Source: Woeseiaceae bacterium (GTDB lineage: Bacteria; Pseudomonadota; Gammaproteobacteria; Steroidobacterales; Woeseiaceae). From it: DNA of 32,120 bases. Under the pieces are notes generated by a model. That model was not told where the DNA came from. It was given only the letters and a program-made list of their open reading frames with translations, and did not search any database. Shown here piece after piece: positions 1 to 8,550 of this stretch. The stretch's first letter is position 1, and each line of letters starts with the position of its first letter. A program made the translations under genes and the position numbers. The stretch spans positions 1 to 32,120 of the forward strand of contig JBFJQO010000001.1 of NCBI GenBank assembly GCA_041616535.1, read 5' to 3'.

Positions 1-1333
1 CGGCGTCGAGCGCATCGCTCAGGCGTCGCACACCGACAATCTCGATACCCGCCGGCGCACGCTTGGGAAGATTCCCCCTCGGTACGACAGCCAGCGTGAA
101 CCCCTGTTTCGCGGCCGCCGCAATACGCTCGGCACCAAATCGCACGGGACGGATTTCACCGGCGAGCCCCACCTCCCCGAAGCACACGAGCCGGTCGGGC
201 GTGGTGCGATCACGGAAACTGGAGACGATCGCGAGCAGCGTCGGCAGATCGACGGCGGTTTCTGCGACACGCAATCCCCCGACGACGTTGACGAATACGT
301 CCTCGCCCATGACCGACAAGCCACCGTGCTTATGCAGGACCGCCAGCAGCAGGGCAAGCCGACTCTGGTCGACACCCTGGGCCAGCCGCCTCGGCGCGCC
401 GCCGCCACCGTCCGCAACAAGCGCCTGCAACTCCATGAGCAGCGGCCGGCTGCCCTCCCACGCGACCGATACGATGCTGCCGGGTTCGTCGATCGATTCG
501 CGGGACAGGAATATGGCCGAGGGGTTGCGCACTTCGCGAAACCCCGCCTCCGTCATGGCGAAGACGCCCATTTCGCCCGTGGCACCGAACCGGTTCTTGA
601 CCGAACGAATCATCGTGTAGCGACTGGATGGATCGTTTTCGAAGTACAAGACCGTATCGACCATGTGCTCGACCACTCGCGGCCCGGCGATCGCACCCTC
701 CTTCGTGACGTGACCGATGATGAACACGGAGACTTCGCTCTGCTTTGCGAACTGCACAATCCGTGCAACCCCTTCGCGCAACTGAGCCACCGAGCCCGGG
801 GCGGACGGCAGGTCGCCGCAGGTCATGGTCTGGATCGAATCGATGACGAGTACCTGCGCCTTGCACTGGCGCGCCTGCTCGAACACGTTGTCGAGCAACG
901 TGTCGGCCAGCAGCTTCATGCCCGACGCGTCGAGCCCGAGCCGCCGCGAACGCTGGCCGATCTGGCGCAGCGATTCCTCACCGGTCGCATAGCAAACTGG
1001 CAATGAGCCCGTCAGGCTGGCCGATACCTGCTGCAGCAGGGTCGACTTGCCGACGCCCGGATCGCCGCCGAGCAAAACGACGGCCCCGGGCACGACACCG
1101 CCGCCGAGGACGCGGTTGAACTCCCCGAAACCCGTGTTGTAGCGCGCCTCGACATCCCCGGGCAGCTCGTCGAGGCGAGTCGCCCGGGCGGCGTTCCCCG
1201 GCACCGGCCGGGCGGCGCTGACGGTCGTTTCGGAGAGCGTGTTCCAGGACCCGCAATCGGGGCACTGGCCGGCCCATTTGACGCTGTGGGCGCCGCATTC
1301 TGTGCAGACGTACGCAGTCTTGGCCTTGGCCAT
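1..1333 (-). CDS. radA: DNA repair protein RadA/Sms (C-terminal end cut by window edge)
   Basis: Absent from the ORF track because it is open at the window edge. My minus-strand translation from the ATG at 1333..1331 gives MAKAKTAYVCTECGAHSVKWAGQCPDCGSWNTLSE (RadA zinc finger). Further in the same frame: Walker A LGGDPGVGKSTLLQ (~1040-1080) and the RadA-specific KNRFG (~575-600). The frame reads ...LPKRAPAGIEIVGVRRLSDALDA at the window start. Confidence 0.95.
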   Translation of the reverse strand, partial: MAKAKTAYVCTECGAHSVKWAGQCPDCGSWNTLSETTVSAARPVPGNAARATRLDELPGDVEARYNTGFGEFNRVLGGGVVPGAVVLLGGDPGVGKSTLLQQVSASLTGSLPVCYATGEESLRQIGQRSRRLGLDASGMKLLADTLLDNVFEQARQCKAQVLVIDSIQTMTCGDLPSAPGSVAQLREGVARIVQFAKQSEVSVFIIGHVTKEGAIAGPRVVEHMVDTVLYFENDPSSRYTMIRSVKNRFGATGEMGVFAMTEAGFREVRNPSAIFLSRESIDEPGSIVSVAWEGSRPLLMELQALVADGGGGAPRRLAQGVDQSRLALLLAVLHKHGGLSVMGEDVFVNVVGGLRVAETAVDLPTLLAIVSSFRDRTTPDRLVCFGEVGLAGEIRPVRFGAERIAAAAKQGFTLAVVPRGNLPKRAPAGIEIVGVRRLSDALDA

Positions 1334-1475
1334 CGAAAATAACTATCTGAAAGTTAAAGGATTAGTGCTGGAAGCAAATGGAAAAGCGCGACCGGCGGCC
1401 CGATTATTGTTAAATTCGCGCCGTCCGGCGAAAACCAATCATAGCACCGTGTCCGAGCCCGGTATTACATAAAAA

Positions 1476-3644
1476 ATGCCAACCCTATCTCATTACGGAG
1501 CGACGCATTTCCCTATACTTTTGCCCATAAAACAGGGACATGACTCCGCTTTGAACACGGCAGATCGTCAAAAACGAATCAGATTCATCGCGCTGGCCTT
1601 CGTCAGCGTGCTGCTGCTCCTGATGTACGGCCCGCTGGCCCAGTGGTTCGTCGTCGCCGATCGCGTCCTGTATGACCAGTTGGCCGGCGGTCGGCCCGCA
1701 AAAGCGCTCGATAACGCCTACATCGTCAGCATCAACCCGCAGCGCAAGTCCGGTGACGAAATTCTCGCCGAATACGGCCGGGTTCTCGAGCGGTTGCAAT
1801 ACGAAGGCGTCAGGCGCATCGTGATGAACAACCCGCCCGAGATCCCGGCCTCGGCCGAGTTGCCCGGCTGGTCCGCCCTGCTCGCCCGCGGCACACCCGT
1901 ATTCGTTCCTGCGCTTCACCGTTTCGCCGACATCACGGGCCACAGTGGTTTCGTGCAACTCGCCGCGGATAATGATGGTGTCTTGCGCCGCTCGAGCCTG
2001 TGGTTCCTCAACGGTGGCGTCATGTCGCCGTCGCTGCCGCTGGCCATCGCCTTTTACGACTCGGCCACGGCCACCTCGCCGCGCATGTCCGGTTCCGATG
2101 ACGCCGTGTACCTCTCGAGCTACGAAGAGCTCCCGCGCATCGAAGTCGCCGACCTGATGCGGTCCGCCAGCACCGAATTGCTGCGCGGCGCGACGGTCTT
2201 CGTCGACACCGACACCCCGATCGTCCGTGCGGCCGCCGTGTTGCCATCGGGCCAGTTCGTCACACATTCCGAAATCACGGCCGCGTTGCTCGCTGATCTC
2301 GAACACGACCGGATGATCATCGCGCCCGCGTGGGTCAAGGCAATGGAATTCCTGCTGCCGGCCCTGCTCGCGATCGTCGCGATCCTCTTCATGCCCGATC
2401 GAAACCGCAAGGAGATCCTGGTGCTGACGGCGACGGGCGTCCTCGCACTGCTGCTGTTTCAGGCGCTGTTGCTGGTCGGGCTGCACGTCCGCATCGACCT
2501 CGGCCGGGTCATTCTGATGTTCGTCGGCGTCGGCGCACTGAGCGCGTTTCTGGTTGCCGATGTCAGGAAGGTCTCGTCCGATGCCTTCAAGCGCGGTTCG
2601 GACTTTCTTGCGGCAGGGCGGCTCGAACCCGCGTTCGCCGAGTTGCGGCGATGCACGCCGTCCGAGACGGTCGCCGCCGTCATGTACAAGTTGTCGCTCG
2701 CCTTCGAACAGCAAGCCAAACCCGAACGCGCCGAGGCCGTTCTCGAATGGATGAAGCGCACTCACACCGAAGTAACGCCAACGGACGACACGCTTTCGGC
2801 GAAGACCCTCAATGACTCGCCGCAACGCCTCGGCCGTTACATGATCGAGAAGCGCATCGGCCGCGGGGCCATGGGCGCCGTTTACCTCGCGCGAGACCCG
2901 CGCATCAATCGACCGGTGGCACTCAAAGTGATACCGATCGAAAAGGAATTCGAGGACGAGGAACTCAAGGAGGCGCGCTTGCGCTTCTACCGCGAGGCGG
3001 AGTCGGCGGGTCGCCTGACTCACCCTAATATCATTACCGTGTTCGATGCTGGCGAAGAAAAGAGGCTTGCCTATATTGCGATGGAATACGTCCCCGGCAT
3101 CCCGCTGCGGGATTTCACGGACCCGAAGAAATTGCTGGCACCGAAACGCGCCCTCGAGCTCGCAGCAATGACGGCCGAAGCGCTGGATTATGCGCACAAC
3201 CAGGGCGTCATTCACCGCGATATCAAGCCGGCCAACCTGATCTACAATCCGAAGGACGGCAGCCTCAAGATCAGTGACTTCGGCGTGGCCCGGATTACGG
3301 ACAACAACCGCACGAAGACCGGTATCGTGCTCGGTACGCCGATGTACATGTCGCCGGAACAACTCGGCGCCGAGAACCTCACGGGGCTATCGGACTTGTT
3401 CTCGCTTGGTGTTACCCTATACGAGCTATTGGTAGGTGAGGTGCCGTTTCGCGCATCGAACATCGCGGTACTGATGACGAAGATAACCACCGAGAATCCG
3501 GCACCTGTTTCCTCGCGACGCGCAGGCATACCGCCGAGCGTCGATGCCGTCCTGTCCAAGGCCCTGGCCAAACGCCCGAGCGATCGCTTCTCCTGTGGCG
3601 CCGAGATGGCAATTGCCCTCAGGAATTGCGCGCGAGTTTCATAA
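1476..3644 (+). CDS. Membrane sensor Ser/Thr protein kinase: N-terminal TM, CHASE2-like extracytoplasmic region, 3 TM helices, one TPR-like hairpin, Hanks-type kinase domain
   Basis: 722-aa ORF. Kinase motifs: GRGAMGAVY (Gly loop), VALKV (Lys), HRDIKPANL (catalytic loop), SDFGVAR (DFG), GTPMYMSPE. The N-terminal half has a TM (FIALAFVSVLLLLMYG), ~270 aa of non-hydrophobic sequence, then three TM helices (~aa 295-370), which is the CHASE2 layout. The first ~100 nt are visibly AT-rich and lack an obvious SD, so the exact start is uncertain; an in-frame TTG in ..ALNTADRQK.. is an alternative. Confidence 0.9.
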   Translation: MPTLSHYGATHFPILLPIKQGHDSALNTADRQKRIRFIALAFVSVLLLLMYGPLAQWFVVADRVLYDQLAGGRPAKALDNAYIVSINPQRKSGDEILAEYGRVLERLQYEGVRRIVMNNPPEIPASAELPGWSALLARGTPVFVPALHRFADITGHSGFVQLAADNDGVLRRSSLWFLNGGVMSPSLPLAIAFYDSATATSPRMSGSDDAVYLSSYEELPRIEVADLMRSASTELLRGATVFVDTDTPIVRAAAVLPSGQFVTHSEITAALLADLEHDRMIIAPAWVKAMEFLLPALLAIVAILFMPDRNRKEILVLTATGVLALLLFQALLLVGLHVRIDLGRVILMFVGVGALSAFLVADVRKVSSDAFKRGSDFLAAGRLEPAFAELRRCTPSETVAAVMYKLSLAFEQQAKPERAEAVLEWMKRTHTEVTPTDDTLSAKTLNDSPQRLGRYMIEKRIGRGAMGAVYLARDPRINRPVALKVIPIEKEFEDEELKEARLRFYREAESAGRLTHPNIITVFDAGEEKRLAYIAMEYVPGIPLRDFTDPKKLLAPKRALELAAMTAEALDYAHNQGVIHRDIKPANLIYNPKDGSLKISDFGVARITDNNRTKTGIVLGTPMYMSPEQLGAENLTGLSDLFSLGVTLYELLVGEVPFRASNIAVLMTKITTENPAPVSSRRAGIPPSVDAVLSKALAKRPSDRFSCGAEMAIALRNCARVS

Positions 3645-3671
3645 GTTACAAAGAGCGATCAGAAACCGACC

Positions 3672-4499
3672 ATGAGCCTGCGAGGAAAAATCGATTTTGC
3701 TGAAATAACGGATACGGGGCGCGTCCGCGAGCATAACGAAGACGCGATCGGCTCGAATCCCGATATCGGCCTCATGGTGCTGGCCGACGGCATGGGCGGC
3801 TATAACGCCGGCGAAGTCGCCAGCGGCATTGCCGTTCAGATCGTCACCGAACTCGCAACCGAGGCCGCCGATCGCGAGGAACTCAACGACATCGACACGC
3901 ACAGCGGGCTGATGCGGCAGTCGATCATCTTGCGCGACGCGGTCTATCGTTCCAACAAGATCATCTACCAGACCGCGCAAAGCCAGACCCATTGCGAGGG
4001 CATGGGAACGACGATCGTTACCTGCCTGTTCTATGACGACAAGGTATCCATTGCCCATGTTGGCGATTCGCGTGCCTACCGTTTGCGCGGCGGCGCATTC
4101 GATCAACTAACGCTCGATCATTCGCTGTTGCAGGAACTCGTGGATCGCGGGTTCTATTCTCATGAAGAGGCGCAGCGGTCCACGAATCGCAACTACGTGA
4201 CGCGCGCGCTGGGCGTCGAGCCGACGGTCGAGGTCGAGGTGCGCGAGTACGAGGTGCTCCCGGACGACATCTACCTGTTGTGCTCCGACGGCCTTCCCGA
4301 CATGGTCGAGGATGACGATATTCACTTAACTATCAGTACTTTTGATGCTAGTCTTGACAGGGTTGGTCAACAGCTGATCGACTTGGCCAACGACCACGGC
4401 GGACGCGACAACGTCTCGGTGATGCTTGCTCAGGTTAAGGAAGCCTTCCCGGCAAAAAGGGGCCTGATTGCCAAGCTGGCTGGAATGTTCCGTTCGTAA
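3672..4499 (+). CDS. PP2C-family Ser/Thr protein phosphatase
   Basis: 275-aa ORF with RVREHNEDA, LADGMGGYNAGEVAS, AHVGDSRAY, CSDGL and HGGRDNVS motifs typical of bacterial PP2C (Stp/PppA-like). It lies 27 nt downstream of the kinase stop. Confidence 0.92.
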   Translation: MSLRGKIDFAEITDTGRVREHNEDAIGSNPDIGLMVLADGMGGYNAGEVASGIAVQIVTELATEAADREELNDIDTHSGLMRQSIILRDAVYRSNKIIYQTAQSQTHCEGMGTTIVTCLFYDDKVSIAHVGDSRAYRLRGGAFDQLTLDHSLLQELVDRGFYSHEEAQRSTNRNYVTRALGVEPTVEVEVREYEVLPDDIYLLCSDGLPDMVEDDDIHLTISTFDASLDRVGQQLIDLANDHGGRDNVSVMLAQVKEAFPAKRGLIAKLAGMFRS

Positions 4500-4526
4500 A
4501 GGGATGCACTCTAAGAGCGAGAAATC

Positions 4527-5399
4527 ATGGCACGTTTAATTCTGAGCCTGGACAACCAGGTCCTGGCTGAATACAACATGACCAAAGAGCGCTACACCAT
4601 CGGTCGTTTGCCTGACAACGATGTGCGTATCGACAATCCTGCCGTCAGCGGTCATCACTCGCTCATCATCAATATCCTCAACGATTCCTTCCTCGAGGAT
4701 CTGAACAGCACCAACGGCACCTACGTCAACGGCAAACTGATCAAGAAGCATGCATTGCAGCACGGTGACGTCATCACGATCGGTCACCACCAGCTGCGCT
4801 TCTCGGACCAGGAGGCGCCGCAGCAGGAGCAGGACGAGTTCGAGAAGACCATGGTCATCCCGACCGGCCAGCAGAACGCCGACCAGCTCGCCAAGGCCGA
4901 GGCGGCCGCTGAAAAGGCTGCCGCACAAGCCGCCGAAGAAGAGGCCCGCGACGTCGAGCCTGAAAGCGAGGTCCGTGACGACGTGGCGGCCGCCGTGAAA
5001 CTCGATCCCCAGGAAGCCGCGGGGCTCGAGGACGATGTCCCGGCGGCTCCGCCAAAGCAGGACATGGCCGAGACGATCGCGTCCGCGACAGCCACGGGCA
5101 TCGGTCTCGAAAACGCGCCGAACGCGTTGCCGCTGGCGAAGCTCCAGGTCCTGAGCGGCGCGTTCGCGGGCCGCGAGCTCGAGCTGACAAAAGCCCTGAC
5201 CACGCTCGGACGCCCGGGCGTCCAGGTCGCCGCGATTACGCGCCGTGCCGAGGGCTATTACATCGTGCACGTCGAATCGGGCAAGGACGGCGACTTCCCG
5301 CTCGTCAACGGCCAGCCGATCGGGCAGCAGGCCCGCAAGCTGAGCGACAACGACGTCGTGCAACTGGCCGGCGTGAAAATGGGGTTCTTTGCGGCCTAG
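4527..5399 (+). CDS. FHA-domain protein (N-terminal canonical FHA, acidic/Ala-rich linker, C-terminal degenerate FHA-like domain)
   Basis: 290-aa ORF. The N-terminal region YTIGRLPDNDVRIDNPAVSGHHSLI...LEDLNSTNGTYVNGKLI...GDVITIGHHQLRF carries the FHA signatures GR, SxxH and NGT. The C-terminal ~85 aa (LQVLSGAFAGRELELTKALTTLGRPG...VNGQPI...NDVVQLAGVKMGF) follows the FHA fold pattern but lacks the phospho-Thr-binding Ser/His/Asn residues. Confidence 0.88.
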   Translation: MARLILSLDNQVLAEYNMTKERYTIGRLPDNDVRIDNPAVSGHHSLIINILNDSFLEDLNSTNGTYVNGKLIKKHALQHGDVITIGHHQLRFSDQEAPQQEQDEFEKTMVIPTGQQNADQLAKAEAAAEKAAAQAAEEEARDVEPESEVRDDVAAAVKLDPQEAAGLEDDVPAAPPKQDMAETIASATATGIGLENAPNALPLAKLQVLSGAFAGRELELTKALTTLGRPGVQVAAITRRAEGYYIVHVESGKDGDFPLVNGQPIGQQARKLSDNDVVQLAGVKMGFFAA

Positions 5400-5412
5400 G
5401 CCCCGGCCTAGG
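5393..5412. terminator. Short GC-rich palindrome spanning both convergent stop codons (FHA gene TAG, alr TAG)
   Basis: ggcctagg cccc ggcctagg: CCTAGGCC (5395-5402) is the reverse complement of GGCCTAGG (5405-5412). There is no T-tract, so only a weak bidirectional terminator is possible. Confidence 0.25.
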
Positions 5413-6511
5413 GAACAATCTCGGATTCCTCGCGATTCATGACACCGCAAACCAGCTCGTAGGGAATCGCAGTGGCGTAAGGCGCCACCTCCTCCACCGG
5501 CAAGCCGTCGCCCCACAAGGTCGCGATATCGCCGACTTCGTCGCGGGGCTGTGACCCCAGGTCGACGGCGATCATGTCCATGGAGACGTTGCCGATCAGC
5601 GAAACCCTGCGCCCGTTGATCAATACCGGCGTGCCTGTGCGGAAATGCCGCGAATAGCCGTCGCCGTAGCCGGCCGAGATGATACCCAGCATGGTGTCGC
5701 GGTCCGCCATGTACGCCCCTTTGTACCCTACCCGCGCACCGGCGCGCAGCGGCTTGACCGCAATCAGCCGGGCCTCGAACTGCATTACGGGCTTCAGCCC
5801 GAGATCCGTGCCGCAGCGATCGCCGAACGGCGAGATGCCGAACAGGGCAATGCCCGGGCGCAACCAGTTGTCGCCACCGAAGCCGAACTCCCGTTTCGCG
5901 TCGCTGACTGTCGGCCAGCCCAGCGTGCCAGGCGAGTTGCCGATGCTGACGTCGCCCTCGAACGACTCGATGATCGGGCGGAATCGCTCGAGTTGCCGCG
6001 GCGTCGTGTCGGCCTCGAGTTCGTCGGCGCTCGACAGATGCGTCATGAGGCGCAGTTCGGCCACGCCGGGCGACCGCCCGAGACGTTCGATAATGGCCGG
6101 TGCGTCCGCCGGATCGAAACCGAGGCGATTCATGCCCGTATCGAACTTGAGCCAGACGTTGACACCGCCGTCGCGGCTCGCATCGAGCAGGTCGAGCTGC
6201 TCGGCGCAATGCACGACAGGCTCGAATCCGTTTACCCTGGCGACGTCGCGTTCGGCCGTGTTCATGAAGCCGGCGAGCAGGATCACCCTCGCCGTGACAC
6301 CGTTCGCGCGTAATTCGAGCGCCTCGGGCACGCGCGCCACTGCGAATGCGTCGACGTGCGAAAGATGTTGCGCGACCGGCACCATGCCATGACCGTAGGC
6401 GTTCGCCTTGATGACGGCCATGATCTTCGCGCCCGGGGCGGCCCGGCGGATGACATCGAGATTGTGTTGCAATGCGCCGAGCCGGATCAGGGCTCGTGCT
6501 CCAAAACTCAC
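5408..6511 (-). CDS. alr: Alanine racemase
   Basis: 367-aa ORF with the PLP-lysine motif AVIKANAYGHG near the N-terminus. The GTG start overlaps the dnaB stop by 1 nt (taGTG), and dnaB-alr adjacency is conserved, as in E. coli. Confidence 0.95.
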   Translation of the reverse strand: MSFGARALIRLGALQHNLDVIRRAAPGAKIMAVIKANAYGHGMVPVAQHLSHVDAFAVARVPEALELRANGVTARVILLAGFMNTAERDVARVNGFEPVVHCAEQLDLLDASRDGGVNVWLKFDTGMNRLGFDPADAPAIIERLGRSPGVAELRLMTHLSSADELEADTTPRQLERFRPIIESFEGDVSIGNSPGTLGWPTVSDAKREFGFGGDNWLRPGIALFGISPFGDRCGTDLGLKPVMQFEARLIAVKPLRAGARVGYKGAYMADRDTMLGIISAGYGDGYSRHFRTGTPVLINGRRVSLIGNVSMDMIAVDLGSQPRDEVGDIATLWGDGLPVEEVAPYATAIPYELVCGVMNREESEIVP

Positions 6512-7917
6512 TAATAGTCCTCGGGCGGCGGAAACTCGCCGTAGGAGTCGGGCACCCAGTTCTCGAATTTCGTGTAGCGCCCGACGAAGGTCAGCGGGAA
6601 ATCGCCGATCGGGCCGTTACGCTGCTTCGCGATCGTGATGTCGGCGATGCCCTTGCGCGGCGTGTCCTGGTTGTAGACCTCTTCACGGTAGATGAAGACG
6701 ATCACGTCAGCGTCCTGCTCGATGGCGCCCGACTCGCGCAGATCGGACATGACCGGCCGCTTGTCGGTACGCTGCTCGACGCTGCGATTGAGCTGTGACA
6801 GCGCAATGACCGGTATGTCGAGTTCCTTGGCGAGCGCTTTCAGGTTGCGCGAGATCTCGGAAATCTCGGTCGCGCGGTTTTCCTTGGTGCCCTCGACCTG
6901 CATCAGCTGCAGGTAATCGACGACGATCAGGTCGAGGCCGTGCTCGCGTTTCAGGCGACGCGACCGGGCACGAATCTCGGTCGGGGACAGCCCCGGCGTG
7001 TCGTCGATGTAGATCGGCGCATCCGACATGAGCTGCACAGCCGTGTTGATGCGTGACCAGTCCTCGTCGGGAAAATTGCCCGTGCGCAGGTGCGACATGT
7101 CGACGCGCCCCAAGGACGAGATCATGCGAAACGCGAGTTGCTGCGACGGCATTTCCATCGAGAAAATGGCCACGCCCTTGCGCGCGCCGATAGCCGCGTT
7201 CTCGCCGATGTTGATGGCCAGGGTCGTCTTGCCCATCGACGGCCGGCCCGCGACGATGACGAGGTCGCCGCCCTGGAGGCCCGCGGTCAACTTGTCGAAT
7301 TCATTGAAACCGGTGGAAATACCCGTGATGCTGCCGTCGGACTGGTGCAGCTCGTCGATGCGATCGACCGTATCCGGCAGTATGTCCTTGAGTGCCTTGA
7401 AGCCCTTGCGACCACGACTACCCTTTTCGGCGATTTCGAACACGAGCCGCTCGGCGGCATCGAGCACCTGCGACGCGCTGCGGCCGTCGGTCGCAAATGC
7501 GCTGCCGGCAATCTCGTTACCCGCATTAATCAGGGAGCGCAGCATCGAGCGCTCGCGCAGGATCTTGGCGTAGGCTCGAGCATTGGCCGCCCCGGCCGTC
7601 TCGTTGGCCAGCATGGCAAGGTACTCGAGACCGCCCGACTGTTCGAGCTCGCCGCGGTTGTCGAGGTGTTCGGAAACGGTGACGACGTCGCAGGGACTGC
7701 CGTCGTCGATGAGTCTGTGGATCGCCTGGAAGATCAGGCGGTGGTCCTTGCGGTAGAAGTCCTCGGCCGAAACGACGTCCGCGATCTTGTCCCAGGCCTG
7801 GGCGTTGAGCATCAGCCCGCCGATCAGGGCCTGTTCTGCTTCTATCGAGTTGGGCGGCACCTTGAGGCGCTGTTCCGCACCTGCATCGGTCAAACCATCG
7901 TCCAACGCTCGGACCAT
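6511..7917 (-). CDS. dnaB: Replicative DNA helicase DnaB
   Basis: 468-aa ORF with the N-terminal PPNSIEAEQALIGGLML, Walker A GRPSMGKTTLA, and IVVDYLQLM / SQLNR motifs. SD AAGGGGA lies upstream. Confidence 0.97.
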   Translation of the reverse strand: MVRALDDGLTDAGAEQRLKVPPNSIEAEQALIGGLMLNAQAWDKIADVVSAEDFYRKDHRLIFQAIHRLIDDGSPCDVVTVSEHLDNRGELEQSGGLEYLAMLANETAGAANARAYAKILRERSMLRSLINAGNEIAGSAFATDGRSASQVLDAAERLVFEIAEKGSRGRKGFKALKDILPDTVDRIDELHQSDGSITGISTGFNEFDKLTAGLQGGDLVIVAGRPSMGKTTLAINIGENAAIGARKGVAIFSMEMPSQQLAFRMISSLGRVDMSHLRTGNFPDEDWSRINTAVQLMSDAPIYIDDTPGLSPTEIRARSRRLKREHGLDLIVVDYLQLMQVEGTKENRATEISEISRNLKALAKELDIPVIALSQLNRSVEQRTDKRPVMSDLRESGAIEQDADVIVFIYREEVYNQDTPRKGIADITIAKQRNGPIGDFPLTFVGRYTKFENWVPDSYGEFPPPEDY

Positions 7918-7965
7918 CTAACGCGTTCCCCTTGCCAATCGACTACGTGTCACAACGGTATCACA

Positions 7966-7985
7966 GCCGACGGCGAACCGTCGGC
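7966..7985 (-). terminator. Perfect 8-bp GC-rich stem-loop between rplI and dnaB (possible attenuator or processing site)
   Basis: The minus strand reads GCCGACGG-TTCG-CCGTCGGC, starting 12 nt after the rplI stop. No downstream U-tract, so read-through into dnaB is likely. Confidence 0.35.
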
Positions 7986-7996
7986 CGGCATCCGTC

Positions 7997-8539
7997 TCAC
8001 TCTTCGGCGGCGGCCTCGGGAGCCGCGGGCACCTCGGGTTCCTCGGGCGCGTCGGGCGCCTCCGTCCGCGCCACGGTTTCGGCCGTCTCGCCGGCTTCGC
8101 CGACGACGCGCACGAGAACCTCGGCATTGACCTCGGAATGCAGGTGCACACCGATCGGGTAATCGCCGAGTTCACCGATCGGACCGTCCGGCATGCGGAT
8201 TTCCGCGCGCTCGGCTTCGACCTGCACCGCCGCCAGCGCTTCGACGATGTCGATCGGGCCTACCGAGCCAAACAGCTTGCCTTCGGAACCGGCATTTGCC
8301 TGGACGACGATCTCGAGGTGTTCGAACGCCTTGGCGCGTTCCCGGGCCTTCGCGAGCTCCTCGGCCGCGATTTTCTCGAGTTCGGCGCGGCGCGTTTCGA
8401 TTTCCTTCATGTTCTCGGGCGTTGCCAGCATCGCCTTGCCCTGCGGGAGCAGGAAATTGCGGCCATAGCCGGGCTTGACCTTGACGAGGTCGCCGATCGA
8501 ACCGAGATTTTCAACAGTTTCCAACAATATGACGTTCAT
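7997..8539 (-). CDS. rplI: 50S ribosomal protein L9 with ~30-aa acidic/Pro-rich C-terminal extension
   Basis: 180-aa ORF: MNVILLETVENLGSIGDLVKVKPGYGRNFLLPQGKA... aligns along the whole of E. coli L9 (149 aa). It then continues as GEAGETAETVARTEAPDAPEEPEVPAAPEAAAEE. Confidence 0.95.
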   Translation of the reverse strand: MNVILLETVENLGSIGDLVKVKPGYGRNFLLPQGKAMLATPENMKEIETRRAELEKIAAEELAKARERAKAFEHLEIVVQANAGSEGKLFGSVGPIDIVEALAAVQVEAERAEIRMPDGPIGELGDYPIGVHLHSEVNAEVLVRVVGEAGETAETVARTEAPDAPEEPEVPAAPEAAAEE

Positions 8540-8550
8540 TTTTCGAACCT

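Noticed and set aside
1485-3362. A 625-aa ORF antisense to the kinase gene. Similar long antisense or out-of-frame ORFs occur at 4536..6209(-), 7090..8130(+), 16057..17175(-), 20681..21787(-), 21875..23050(+), 25504..26616(+) and 26589..27461(+).
   Set aside because: Their translations are Arg/Ala/Gly/Pro-rich with no recognisable motifs. Each lies opposite, or out of frame with, a gene that has unmistakable family signatures. Long stop-free antisense frames are expected at this GC content.
1476-5399. The kinase/PP2C/FHA trio as the PpkA/PppA/Fha1 post-translational switch of a type VI secretion system.
   Set aside because: No T6SS structural genes (tssA-M, hcp, vgrG, clpV) are in the window, and the kinase has a CHASE2-like sensor rather than the PpkA vWA-type periplasmic domain. 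This cannot be excluded genome-wide.
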